A stretch of 64,000 bases of DNA from Candidatus Omnitrophota bacterium (GCA_049643885.1 JBARQV010000025.1:7382-71381), one strand, 5' to 3'; positions 55,619-64,000 are shown, counted from the first letter of the stretch. Notes: generated from the sequence alone by a model not told the origin. Translations and numbers: made by a program.

Positions 55619-57121
55619 ATGCTGAAATTTCTTAAGATCTTACTGGTCATCACATTTTCCATCGCTGCATTACTGGCGGCCGCGTACTTCCTGTATAAAG
55701 ACACGCTTGCCGAAAAAGCGGAAGCTGTTTTCGAGGCCAGGCTCTCCGAGATATTCAAGCAAAAAGTCGATATCGGCGCGATAAAATACCTTCCCTTAAG
55801 CTCTTTTAGCCTAAGGGATGTTGCCATTTCTGATACCGTTCGTATTCAGAATATAACTTCAAGGATCGACCTTTTAAGCATATTGAAAGAACGGGAATTC
55901 CGGTCAACCGTTGCGATCAAAGGCTTCAAGATGAAAGATATTGAGGTCAGCGCGACACTTAAGACGGAATCGCTAAAGGCTGGATCGTACAAGGACGTGT
56001 TCGATCCATCTCTTCTGAAGACCATTTCTATCACCGGGTGCGAACTGAAGACAAAACTGTTTTCCCTGGAAAAGATCCAGGGTGAAGTAAATATCGAAAA
56101 AACAGGTTACCGGGTCTGTCTCTATTCCGACGGATTGGAGGCAATCTTTGAGGCAAAATCAAAAGATACTGCTGCCACGGAAAAAACCCTGGAGATAAAC
56201 GGAAAGGTCGAAACCGACATCGGAAAACTCTTGTCCTTTTCCGGCCCGATCGGATCATTCATTAAAAACTGCAAAGCTTCCGGCAAGATCGGTTCCAAGA
56301 TCTTTATGTCCCTGAAAACGACGGAGATCCGGGACTACGAATTAAATGCCAGGATCGATTCGGATCAGATCATGTTCAATAACATCAAGGTCGGCGACAT
56401 CCATGGGGGCCTTTATGTCAAAAAGGGACGCCTTAATGTGCCTTCGGTAACGGCGACGCTCTACGGGGGCACGGTATCTTCAAACCTGGAAATGGACCTC
56501 CATGATAAAAACCTCCCCTTTCTTTTTACCTTGAACATGCGGGACGTCGAATTCGGCAATATGTTACGGGACGCGATAAACGATAAGGTCAATGTTTACG
56601 GAAAATTACTCATAGATCTGTCCCTCAAAGGAAATGCCGTCGACAGTTCGGCTTTCACCGGCAACGGAGAGATAATCATAACAGACGCCGACCTCGGGCC
56701 GATGCCGATCCTCACCCCCCTTCTGGGTAACATCTACGGGTACCTTCAAAGCTTCATCCCGGGGATGGAAAAAGTAACTATTACATCGGCCGGCGCGACC
56801 TTAGACATAAGAGACCGGAAGATCATGAGCGACGACCTGGTCTTATGGAGCGAAGAGGTATTCATCACCGCCAAGGGCCACATGGATTTTAACGGAACCC
56901 TGGATTTTACCGTCGAGAACCAGCTTATCCAGCCGGAAGAAGAAGAACTAGACAGCTGGCAGGGCATATTCAGGAGGGCTATAACGGGCTTCGGCAAGAT
57001 AATAAGTAAAGCGCACTTGCGAGGGACAATAAAAAAATCGAAATGGGAATTTGAATATCTAACTCCCTTGAAGGATATGTTCCGGAAAAGCGTCAGGGAG
57101 TTTATAAATACTTCTCAATAG
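55619..57121 (+). CDS. AsmA-family membrane-anchored protein
   Basis: N-terminal TM anchor, a long beta-rich periplasmic region and an AsmA-like C-terminal region. This is the only long plus-strand gene in the window. The candidate promoter is TTGCAG-17-TGATATACT. Confidence 0.55.
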   Translation: MLKFLKILLVITFSIAALLAAAYFLYKDTLAEKAEAVFEARLSEIFKQKVDIGAIKYLPLSSFSLRDVAISDTVRIQNITSRIDLLSILKEREFRSTVAIKGFKMKDIEVSATLKTESLKAGSYKDVFDPSLLKTISITGCELKTKLFSLEKIQGEVNIEKTGYRVCLYSDGLEAIFEAKSKDTAATEKTLEINGKVETDIGKLLSFSGPIGSFIKNCKASGKIGSKIFMSLKTTEIRDYELNARIDSDQIMFNNIKVGDIHGGLYVKKGRLNVPSVTATLYGGTVSSNLEMDLHDKNLPFLFTLNMRDVEFGNMLRDAINDKVNVYGKLLIDLSLKGNAVDSSAFTGNGEIIITDADLGPMPILTPLLGNIYGYLQSFIPGMEKVTITSAGATLDIRDRKIMSDDLVLWSEEVFITAKGHMDFNGTLDFTVENQLIQPEEEELDSWQGIFRRAITGFGKIISKAHLRGTIKKSKWEFEYLTPLKDMFRKSVREFINTSQ

Positions 57122-57701
57122 ACTGCTTGAATTTCTTCAGCGCTATGCCGCGGTGGCTTATCCTGTTCTTGTAAGAAGGGGTCATCTCGGCGAACGTCTT
57201 GTCATAACCGTTGGGCAGGAAAACCGGATCGTAACCGAAACCGTTTTCGCCTCTGGGGCAGTTCAATATCCTGCCTTTTATCGTCCCCTCAAAATTTCCC
57301 AGAAGCATCCCTTTTCTTGCCAGGGCTATGTTACAGACGAATCTCGCGGCACGTTTTCTATCCGGCGCGCCCTCCAGGAGAGTCAGCAGTTTTTTGTTGT
57401 TCTCCTCATCAGTGGCTTTGGCCCTGGCGAACCTGGCAGACCTAACGCCTGGCTTGCCTTCAAGGATGTCCACTTCCAAACCCGAATCGTCGGCAAGGAC
57501 CAGGCTGTCGAAAAATCTGGAAATCGTCACCGCCTTTTTGACCGCGTTCTGACGGAAAGTCTTGCCGTCTTCGACGACGATCGGGGGAGCGACATCCAAG
57601 TCGTCAATGTCCAGGATCTTGACTTCCTTGAACCTTTTAAGAAGAATCTTTATTTCCTGGCGTTTCTTGCGATTATGCGTGGCAACTAATATTTTAGTCA
57701 C
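57102..57701 (-). CDS. rdgB: dITP/XTP pyrophosphatase (RdgB/Ham1)
   Basis: [26 protein letters not shown] and RISHRG motifs. Confidence 0.85.
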   Translation of the reverse strand: MTKILVATHNRKKRQEIKILLKRFKEVKILDIDDLDVAPPIVVEDGKTFRQNAVKKAVTISRFFDSLVLADDSGLEVDILEGKPGVRSARFARAKATDEENNKKLLTLLEGAPDRKRAARFVCNIALARKGMLLGNFEGTIKGRILNCPRGENGFGYDPVFLPNGYDKTFAEMTPSYKNRISHRGIALKKFKQSIEKYL

Positions 57702-58422
57702 TCAACACTCCTTTTAAGGCCTGCTTCTGGACATCGATAAGATGGTCTATCCCCTTTTTTGCCAGTTTCAGCATCTCGTCCATGCAGGATCGGCTGAAGG
57801 GATTTTTTTCCGCGGTGCCCTGCACTTCCACGAACCTCCCTGAATCCGTCATTGCCACGTTCATGTCCACCTCGGCCTGGGAATCTTCATCATAAGAAAG
57901 ATCGAGAAAGATCCTGTCGCCGACTATGCCGACACTGACCGCGGCTAAATAATTACTCACAGGTATGGACGCGAATACGCCCCGCTTTTTAAGTTTTCCC
58001 AGGGCAAGGCAAAGGGCCACAAAACTTCCGGTAACACTGGCGCAGCGCGTTCCCCCGTCAGCCTGGATCACATCGCAATCCATCCGGATCGTCCTTTCAC
58101 CTAATAGTTCAAGGGTAGTAACGCTCCGTAGTGCCCGTCCTACAAGCCTCTGTATCTCATGGGTCCTGCCGCCCTTACCGCCTTTACTTGATTCCCTCGG
58201 GACCCTTTTCTGGCAGGAGCGGGGCAGCATCCCATACTCTGCTGTGAGCCAACCCGTTCCCCGCCCTTTCAAAAAGGGGGGGACCCCGTCTTCGACACTG
58301 GCGGTGCATATCACTTTTGTATTACCCAGTTCTATGAGACAAGACCCTTCAGCGTACTTGATATAATCGGTCTTGAGAGACATTTTACGCATTGCATTAG
58401 CCGTGCGTCCGTCTGTGCGCAT
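57694..58422 (-). CDS. rph: Ribonuclease PH
   Basis: [35 protein letters not shown] and the classic rph-rdgB gene pair. Confidence 0.9.
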   Translation of the reverse strand: MRTDGRTANAMRKMSLKTDYIKYAEGSCLIELGNTKVICTASVEDGVPPFLKGRGTGWLTAEYGMLPRSCQKRVPRESSKGGKGGRTHEIQRLVGRALRSVTTLELLGERTIRMDCDVIQADGGTRCASVTGSFVALCLALGKLKKRGVFASIPVSNYLAAVSVGIVGDRIFLDLSYDEDSQAEVDMNVAMTDSGRFVEVQGTAEKNPFSRSCMDEMLKLAKKGIDHLIDVQKQALKGVLSD

Positions 58423-58464
58423 TACAACTCCTCTCTATGTTCATCGATCGTATATCGTCGGTCG

Positions 58465-58588
58465 TATGTCATCCCGGAATTCGCCGAAATAGAAATATGT
58501 CATCCCGGAAATCCTGAGCGAAGCGAAGGATTATCCGGGACCACATAATAATTTTATTTGATCCCCGCTTTCGCGGGGATGACATATT
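58465..58588. repeat. Family A element, composite copy A4 (half module plus complete element)
   Basis: tatgtcatcccggaattcgccgaaatagaa, a truncated module matching A3, is followed by a full element atatgtcatcccggaAATCCTGAGCGAAGCGAAGGATTatccgggaccacataataattttatttgatccccgctttcgcggggatgacatattg. Confidence 0.7.
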
Positions 58589-58605
58589 GTCTTTCTTTTG
58601 AACCC

Positions 58606-59130
58606 TCACATACTAGCATAAATGTCGTTGCCCTTACAATCGATCGCGACTATCGCCGGAAAGTCCTCGACTTCAAGCTTATAGATCGCTTCCGCGCCGA
58701 GTTCCTTGAATGCTACTGTTTTGCTTGACCTTACTTTTTCGCTTAAGAAAGCGCCCGCTCCGGCCGGCGCTACAAAATATACCGCTTTCGTGCGTTTTAT
58801 CGCCGCTCTTACTTCACCGGACCTTTTCCCCTTTCCGATCATGCCCTTTAATCCAGCTTCAAGAAGTCTCGGAGTGAACGGGTCCATCCTTCCGGACGTC
58901 GTTGGACCGCACGAGCCGATAGCTCTTTCCCGGGGAGGCGACGGCCCGCAGTAATAAACGACCTGGCCGTTTAGATCGACAGGAAGTTCTTTACCCTGCT
59001 CCAAAAGGTTGAACAGTCTCAGATGCGCCTGGTCGCGGGCTGTCAGGATAGTCCCGGTAATACGCACCTCATCCCCCGCCTTCAGCGACGCTATTGTTTC
59101 TTCAGTTAGTGGTGTCTTTATAGTTTTCAT
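58606..59130 (-). CDS. Class I fumarate hydratase, beta (C-terminal) subunit
   Basis: Fe-S hydro-lyase beta-subunit signature GQVVYYCGPSP...FVAPAGAGAFLS, with the alpha subunit encoded immediately upstream. Confidence 0.8.
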   Translation of the reverse strand: MKTIKTPLTEETIASLKAGDEVRITGTILTARDQAHLRLFNLLEQGKELPVDLNGQVVYYCGPSPPRERAIGSCGPTTSGRMDPFTPRLLEAGLKGMIGKGKRSGEVRAAIKRTKAVYFVAPAGAGAFLSEKVRSSKTVAFKELGAEAIYKLEVEDFPAIVAIDCKGNDIYASM

Positions 59131-59131
59131 A

Positions 59132-59171
59132 ATATGTCATCCCGGACGGCCATTAGGCCGATCCGGGATCA
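59132..59171. repeat. Family A element, half copy A5
   Basis: atatgtcatcccggaCGGCCATTAGGCCGatccgggatcaaataata fills the 38-nt alpha-beta intergenic space. It begins 2 nt from the beta-subunit ATG and overlaps the last 3 codons of the alpha subunit. Confidence 0.65.
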
Positions 59172-60020
59172 AATAATAGTACTCGCGCTTCTCAGCGCAT
59201 GGCACGCCACGTTCACCGCGACCGGCAACCCCGCGATATGCGTCGGCGCGAGCTCTATATTGACTCCCATGACAGTCGAGAGCCCTCCCAATCCCATAAT
59301 GCCTATCTTTAAAGCCTTCGCTTTTTCCATTATCTTGTTTTCCATTTCGGCGACATGCGGTTCGCGATGAGGTTCATCGATCGGCCTCAAAAGAGCCTTT
59401 TTCGCGAGTAAAGCGCATGTGTCCATGGTCCCGCCTATCCCTATGCCCAGGACATAAGGAGGACACGCGTCCGGGCCGGCGATCTTAACGGTCTCAACGC
59501 AAAAATCGATTATCCTGTCCGGGCCAGATGTCGGGTTCAGCATGATCAGCCTGCTTTTGTTCTCCGAGCCGAACCCTTTGGGCATGACTGAAATTTTCAT
59601 TCTGTCGCCTTTCACGATATCAACGTGAATTGCCGCGGGGGTGTTGGTCCCGGTATTCTTCCGGAGCAAGGGATCCCCTACCACTGAATTGCGAAAAAAA
59701 CCCTCTCTATACGCTTCCTCTACGCCCTCATTGACAGCCTGGATGAGATCGCCTCCGTAAAAATGGACGTCTTCCCCTATCTCCAAAAATACAACTACGA
59801 GCCCTGTATCCTGGCAAATAGGGATGTTTTTCTTGTCGGCTATTTCGGCGTTTTCGACAAGGATCTTCAGCATGTTTTTCGCCTGGGTGCCTTTCGGCTC
59901 CTGCTCGTAAAGCCGCTTGATACCCTCAAGGACATCGGGACGCAGAACAGTGTTAGCCTTTAAAGACAACTCCTTGACAGCTAGTTTGATATCTTCGACC
60001 TTCATCTCACGGACGCTCAT
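59169..60020 (-). CDS. Class I fumarate hydratase, alpha (N-terminal, Fe-S) subunit
   Basis: PICQDTG and the downstream Cys ligands of the hydro-lyase alpha-subunit family. Confidence 0.8.
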   Translation of the reverse strand: MSVREMKVEDIKLAVKELSLKANTVLRPDVLEGIKRLYEQEPKGTQAKNMLKILVENAEIADKKNIPICQDTGLVVVFLEIGEDVHFYGGDLIQAVNEGVEEAYREGFFRNSVVGDPLLRKNTGTNTPAAIHVDIVKGDRMKISVMPKGFGSENKSRLIMLNPTSGPDRIIDFCVETVKIAGPDACPPYVLGIGIGGTMDTCALLAKKALLRPIDEPHREPHVAEMENKIMEKAKALKIGIMGLGGLSTVMGVNIELAPTHIAGLPVAVNVACHALRSASTII

Positions 60021-60820
60021 ATGCTCACTTTCTTAGCATTGATCTTTTCTTTAAGAAAAATACTGCCGATCTTGCTGAAACTTTCTGGGTCATCGCTTAC
60101 ATAATACCGGGTCCGGCCTTTTTTCTTCCTGCTGCCGGTCTGAAGCCCCTCTTTGATCAACGCTTCTTTTACATCCCTGGCGACCGCTATGGACGAATCT
60201 ACCAGCCTGACATCGCCCATAATGTCCTTGACGACGTTTTTCACTAAAGGGTAATGCGTGCAGCCCAGGATCAGCGTATCAATGCGCTTTTTCTTAAGCC
60301 CACCCAGATATTTCCTGGCTACTTCATAAGTAATGGGGTCGGAAAAAAAACTGTTTTCAACGAGAGGTACAAAAAGAGGGCAGTCTTTGGAATAAACCCG
60401 GCATGTCTTATCGATCCTGGCCAGTTCCTTTTCATACGAGCCGCTGGATACGGTCGACCTGGTCCCGATCACTCCCACTTTCCCGCTTTTTGATATGCGA
60501 ACGGCCTCTTTTACCCCTGCGGTTATAACACCCATGACCGGCACCGGATAATCTTTACTTAACCGCGGCAGGCTGAAACTCGAAGCGGTATTACAGGCTA
60601 CTACGACCATCTTCACCCGCTTGGCCATCATGAAAGCCATGATCTCGCGCGCGAAACGCATTATCGTCGACCGGGATTTATTCCCGTAAGGGACCCTGGC
60701 GGTATCCCCGAAATATATTATATCTTCACGGGGAAGAAGTCTGCGGATACTCTTGACCACGGTCAACCCGCCCACACCAGAATCAAACACTCCTATCGGC
60801 CTGTTCTTACGTGATTTCAT
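60017..60820 (-). CDS. murI: Glutamate racemase
   Basis: IGVFDSGVGGLTV, VVACNTAS and LGCTHYP, the two catalytic Cys motifs. Confidence 0.85.
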   Translation of the reverse strand: MKSRKNRPIGVFDSGVGGLTVVKSIRRLLPREDIIYFGDTARVPYGNKSRSTIMRFAREIMAFMMAKRVKMVVVACNTASSFSLPRLSKDYPVPVMGVITAGVKEAVRISKSGKVGVIGTRSTVSSGSYEKELARIDKTCRVYSKDCPLFVPLVENSFFSDPITYEVARKYLGGLKKKRIDTLILGCTHYPLVKNVVKDIMGDVRLVDSSIAVARDVKEALIKEGLQTGSRKKKGRTRYYVSDDPESFSKIGSIFLKEKINAKKVSI

Positions 60821-60877
60821 CAGGGTTATTATAAAGGATTAAAGGTAATTGGTAAAGGTGATAAGTGGCGCGGGCGA

Positions 60878-60937
60878 AGGGATTTTTCTGTTTTCGTGCT
60901 TAAAATGAGCACTACACCACGGTTCCACCACGTTTTA
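60878..60937. repeat. About 55-bp repeated motif, family F copy 1
   Basis: gggatttttctgttttcgtgcttaaaatgagcactacaccacggttccaccacgtttt resembles 62164-62214. The shared blocks are ttttcgtgct.aaat and ccaccacg.ttt. Confidence 0.45.
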
Positions 60938-60942
60938 ATATA

Positions 60943-61971
60943 TTAATCCTTCGCTCTTTTTATCATAAATTCAACGTTCTCGCCCGCATTTCTCGTTATG
61001 ATATCTTTTCCCGGGTGCTTCTTATCCCACACACGAAATATCTCATCAGCAAAGCCCTGCCCTATTGTATCTATTCCCTTAAAATCCAAGATTATTGTTT
61101 TGAATTTTTCAAGCCCGCTCAACAGGCGTCGTGCCTGCGACCGTGACACATAGTTAGCATCCCTGTCATACAGCTTTATCGTAACCTCTGTCTTGCTGAA
61201 AATGAATGAATCATCTGTATAGTCCCTGAATATTTTATCTATCTCCTTTTCTGAATCCAAACTTATTGAAAACACAACCCTAGTTCCCTTGCTCTTTTTA
61301 TTAACATCTTTAAGAAAAATATCTTCAACCAAATTATCAAAAATAATCTTCTTTTTTGAACTCTCTATAGTAAGAATATCACCAACCCTTGAAGTAAAAA
61401 AAATACCTTCCCCGCTGTGAGAAGCCGGTTCTGTTGTTTGTTTCCCCTTCAAAAGGTTCTGTATAGCCTCCATTTTGCTCCCAAGGTGTTTCTTTCTCAT
61501 TATATTATTAAATATTCCAACGCCTTTGTCCCTTACCTCGAACAATACATTGTTCTTTTTCTTTTCTACACGCACTTCTATTTTATCAGAATTAGAGTGT
61601 TCTATGGCATTGTTCAACATTTCGGTAAATGAGTATTCTAGGATTTTCGATACATTATCTGTAAGATGTTCGAATATACCTGTATTTTTTCTAATATCCG
61701 CCATTATTTCATCTTCGTTAAGATCTTTGTTTTTCAATATCCGGTATATTTTTTTTATTAAACTCTTTTCCTTAGAGATTACTTTTTTACTGGCAGGTAT
61801 ATACTTGGCTTTATTCGCCTCCCCTATTAAAACAAGAACCCCTTCTTCCCTCAGTTCTCTGAAAAACCGGTTAACATATACTCGTGAAAAACCCGAAATT
61901 TTGATTATTTCCGAAGCTTTTACTTCGCCCTTCTTGTCCAGTATTTTTATGATCAACTCTTTTACATCCAT
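60943..61971 (-). CDS. Fusion protein: N-terminal winged HTH, GHKL/HATPase_c-like ATP-binding module, C-terminal STAS-like (DUF4325-type) domain
   Basis: N-terminal SRVYVNRFFRELREEGVL (wHTH-like). Mid-region EMLNNAIEHSNS...VLFEVRDKGVGI gives the GHKL N-box and a DxGxG G1 box. C-terminal TIILDFKGIDTIGQGFADEIF resembles STAS/DUF4325. Local GC is far below the window average. Confidence 0.55.
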   Translation of the reverse strand: MDVKELIIKILDKKGEVKASEIIKISGFSRVYVNRFFRELREEGVLVLIGEANKAKYIPASKKVISKEKSLIKKIYRILKNKDLNEDEIMADIRKNTGIFEHLTDNVSKILEYSFTEMLNNAIEHSNSDKIEVRVEKKKNNVLFEVRDKGVGIFNNIMRKKHLGSKMEAIQNLLKGKQTTEPASHSGEGIFFTSRVGDILTIESSKKKIIFDNLVEDIFLKDVNKKSKGTRVVFSISLDSEKEIDKIFRDYTDDSFIFSKTEVTIKLYDRDANYVSRSQARRLLSGLEKFKTIILDFKGIDTIGQGFADEIFRVWDKKHPGKDIITRNAGENVEFMIKRAKD

Positions 61972-61988
61972 GTTTGCTCCTTCATTTA

Positions 61989-62030
61989 GTTTACAACTTT
62001 AGTATATCATATAAATTTTAAGTTGTAAAC
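61989..62030. promoter_or_regulatory. Operator-like palindrome overlapping the promoter of the HTH-GHKL-STAS gene
   Basis: GTTTACAACT, a 22-nt spacer, AGTTGTAAAC in perfect inverted repeat. The right half-site overlaps a -35 TTTACA and the left half lies just past an extended -10 TGATATACT (minus strand). A third half-site, AGTTGTAAAC, lies at 62088-62097. Confidence 0.5.
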
Positions 62031-62102
62031 AAGACGTAAACAAAAACTGTAAAAAAGGTTACGACTTATCACATATATTAATTTTTGAGTTGTAAACTGC
62101 TT

Positions 62103-62140
62103 GCAAACAAAAACCCCACCGATTTGGTCGACGGTGGGGG
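62103..62140 (-). terminator. Rho-independent terminator downstream of the zf-HC2 membrane protein gene
   Basis: Minus strand: CCCCCACCG-tcgaccaaat-CGGTGGGG followed by TTTTTGTTTG. Confidence 0.55.
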
Positions 62141-62163
62141 TTGCAATTTTTGGTGGAGGTGCC

Positions 62164-62214
62164 GGAATCTTCCTATTTTCGTGCTCAAATCGCCTATTCC
62201 ACCACGATTTGCAC
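62164..62214. repeat. Family F repeated motif, copy 2
   Basis: ggaatcttcctattttcgtgctcaaatcgcctattccaccacgatttgcac, alignable to 60878-60937. Confidence 0.45.
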
Positions 62215-62216
62215 TC

Positions 62217-62519
62217 TTATTTTGTTCTATCCGACACCTGTTTCTGGCCTGATCCTGTAGACATACCAAACACACTTTTCAAAGCGTCTTGGCAATCTTT
62301 GCAATGGGCTATATGGCTACCTATGGCTTTCTTCTTTTCCCCTTTTATTCTTCCTTCCGTGTAGTCTATGAAAGTTTTTGGAGATGGGCAGGAACTTTTA
62401 GAAAACACCTTGACCTTGCCAGGATCATTAATCTTAGGCTCTATCTGAGTATTTTGGTATTTTCGGTAAACAACATATATGAGGTAAATTGTTAATAAAA
62501 AGAGTATCGAACGTATCAT
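62217..62519 (-). CDS. Small membrane-anchored protein with C-terminal zf-HC2-like motif (putative anti-sigma-like)
   Basis: N-terminal TM (ILFLLTIYLIYVVY) and a C-terminal H-x3-C-x2-C (HIAHCKDCQD) resembling the zf-HC2 anti-sigma zinc motif. It has its own terminator. Confidence 0.4.
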   Translation of the reverse strand: MIRSILFLLTIYLIYVVYRKYQNTQIEPKINDPGKVKVFSKSSCPSPKTFIDYTEGRIKGEKKKAIGSHIAHCKDCQDALKSVFGMSTGSGQKQVSDRTK

Positions 62520-62593
62520 TCTTTTACTACCATCCTTTCTTCTACCTTCTATATAGGAAAAATCACTTCCCCATTAACGCCTTATCTTATCAT

Positions 62594-63421
62594 CTACCAT
62601 AAATGCGCTGCTTCTGGCACAGAGAGGCGTTGTCGTAAGGATATTGCATTCTTTTTACATACCGCCCTACATATACCACACCCACAGCATTTTTTATGAT
62701 CGACCTTAACTTTTTTATTAACGGTATCGTATTCTAATGCTTCAAATGGGCATATTTTAACGCATGCTTCACAACCATTGCATTCGTTCTTGTCTAGCTT
62801 GATAATGTATTCAGCTTTAAAAAAAATTGGCATTACTTCCTTATACATTTTCATCGCAATGCACCCGGTATCGTCGCAATTGCATATAGCGCCTATAAAT
62901 GGTGTTTTAAACGTCCAAATGCTATGAAACAATCCTCTGCTCTCCTGTTCTTTCATAAAATCCAAAGCGCTTATTTTATCTATTTTTTCAAATTTGGCAA
63001 CATCCGGGCCTCCAAAAAAAGACTGATCTACCAGTTCAATAAATTCCGGCTTTAAGGTGATCACAAAACATGTCCGCCTTTCTTTTCCGGTTGTGATCTT
63101 ACGGCAGACACAAGGAATTCTAACAATAGAGCTTGTTATTGATAATACTTTTTCAACATCTTCGATCGGGATTACCTGCCCCCAATGTTTATACATAAAT
63201 CCGCGCTTTAGAAGTGCTTTTAATAAAGGGCCGATCATGGGCATACCTAACGGCAAGCTTTTAATAAAATTGAAATATTTTTTATAACTCCTATCAACAC
63301 CGTAAAAAAAACCCTTAACATATTTTCTTCTATTGATATCGCTCACAAGATCTTGACTATAATTTTTTGCGTTGAGATACCACTTCTTACCTTCGCCATG
63401 TTTTACGCAGAACTCACACAT
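62594..63421 (-). CDS. Fe-S protein: N-terminal Cys-rich domain plus C-terminal 2x[4Fe-4S] ferredoxin domain
   Basis: C-terminal CNGCEACVKICP ... CCGCGICRAVC, two CxxCxxCxxxC(P) motifs. Further Cys motifs lie at the N-terminus (MCEFC...) and mid-protein (CVC, CNCDDTGC). Confidence 0.55.
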   Translation of the reverse strand: MCEFCVKHGEGKKWYLNAKNYSQDLVSDINRRKYVKGFFYGVDRSYKKYFNFIKSLPLGMPMIGPLLKALLKRGFMYKHWGQVIPIEDVEKVLSITSSIVRIPCVCRKITTGKERRTCFVITLKPEFIELVDQSFFGGPDVAKFEKIDKISALDFMKEQESRGLFHSIWTFKTPFIGAICNCDDTGCIAMKMYKEVMPIFFKAEYIIKLDKNECNGCEACVKICPFEALEYDTVNKKVKVDHKKCCGCGICRAVCKKNAISLRQRLSVPEAAHLW

Positions 63422-63532
63422 ATATTTTAGCCTCTATACTCCGTCTTTATTTAGTTGCAGCTATTTTAAACATCCGGTGCTTTTTAAATTCTACACCCGT
63501 CCCTCTAAAGATACAAGCATAGCTTCGATCAA

Positions 63533-63682
63533 GGGACAGGTGTGGAATTAGTTTTGGGACAGACGTAGGTTTGATTTTAGGTTTGATTTCAGGACCGGTA
63601 CGAGATATGCATATGCTGAAAGGTACAGGCGTGAGATCGCCTTTGGGTACAGGTGTAAGATTGAGATCAGGTACAACTGTGG
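63533..63682. repeat. Iteron-like array of at least five 13-15-bp direct repeats (consensus GGKACAGGYGTRRG) at about 23-24-bp spacing
   Basis: Units gggacaggtgtgg (63533), gggacagacgtagg (63556), aggtacaggcgtgag (63621), gggtacaggtgtaag (63645) and aggtacaactgtggg (63668), with a degenerate unit at 63591. A 12-bp palindrome atatgcatatgc lies at 63606. Confidence 0.55.
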
Positions 63683-63747
63683 GTTTAAATTGATAAACGG
63701 TACTGAATAATAGAAAGAGAAATCGTTATACGGATTTAGTTTATTTT

Positions 63748-64000
63748 TTACGTGAAGTATGTTCTTGTATTATTAACTCGCTATGTGTAAATCTATTACA
63801 AGCATCTTTTAGATTTTGCTTTTCTCCGCAATAAGGGCATATCCCAGTTTCTTCATTTTCAAGTTGATACCCGCTAACCATAAAAGTGCTGTAACACCTG
63901 TCACATATCGCACCTAACATTGGTTTATGATAAGCTCTGCTTTTAGGATTTAAATAAGTTGGCTTAGATTCTGCAAAAACTGCAATTTGCCCGCTTAATA
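63748..64000 (-). CDS. 3' end of a gene running off the window, with C-terminal Cys4 zinc-ribbon-like motif
   Basis: The minus frame is open from the window edge: ...GQIAVFAESKPTYLNPKSRAYHKPMLGAICDRCYSTFMVSGYQLENEETGICPYCGEKQNLKDACNRFTHSELIIQEHTSRKK*. CxxC...CxxC fits a zinc ribbon. It lies in the AT-rich block. Confidence 0.35.

Noticed and set aside
63533-63682. CRISPR array
   Set aside because: The repeat units are only 13-15 bp, degenerate and separated by about 10 bp. There are no cas genes in the window, and nothing like the 24-48-bp identical repeats with unique spacers of a CRISPR locus.

Overview
This 64-kb window is densely coded, about 90% on the minus strand, with GC near 50% except for an AT-rich block from about 60.85 kb to the window end. 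Most of it is bacterial housekeeping:

- A Bat/MoxR aerotolerance-type operon: MoxR, a DUF58 protein, a membrane protein, BatA, BatB and a 5'-partial TPR BatC.
- A VWA and TPR protein cluster with ExbB/ExbD.
- A PilZ protein and two radical-SAM proteins.
- Maf, a NYN protein, ArsR, a J-domain protein and ClpB.
- A CBS-domain antiporter and a COG1067-type Lon-like protease.
- pgi and pfkA, LptF and LptG, metK and ahcY, a sugar nucleotidyltransferase, and the regulatory PTS set ptsN-yvcK-ptsH-ptsI.
- Seven tRNA genes (Gly, Lys, Arg-TCG, Arg-TCT, Leu, Pro, His), rph and rdgB, class-I fumarase alpha and beta, and murI.

Three parts are not ordinary:

- A tightly packed operon at 47.6-52.5 kb encodes a MATCAP-like (DUF1704, QEGLA-type) metallopeptidase, two large ATP-grasp-type ligases and a secreted SagB-type nitroreductase-fold protein. 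Just upstream is a spore-photoproduct-lyase-like radical SAM enzyme with an N-terminal extension. I read this as a candidate uncharacterised peptide-tail ligation and trimming system.
- A second ATP-grasp plus HExxH-peptidase pair is fused into an operon with a TreT-like glycosyltransferase and a GH130 gene at 40.5-45.4 kb.
- The AT-rich island at the 3' end carries an HTH/GHKL-ATPase/STAS fusion protein behind an operator palindrome, a zf-HC2 membrane protein, a Fe-S protein and an iteron-like direct-repeat array.

The intergenic space also carries at least five families of palindromic MITE/REP-like repeats. Some are nested inside each other and some show compensatory stem changes between copies. 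Two tRNA genes have short duplications of their 3' ends a short distance downstream, which looks like an integration footprint. All calls are from reading the sequence by eye; no database search was possible.
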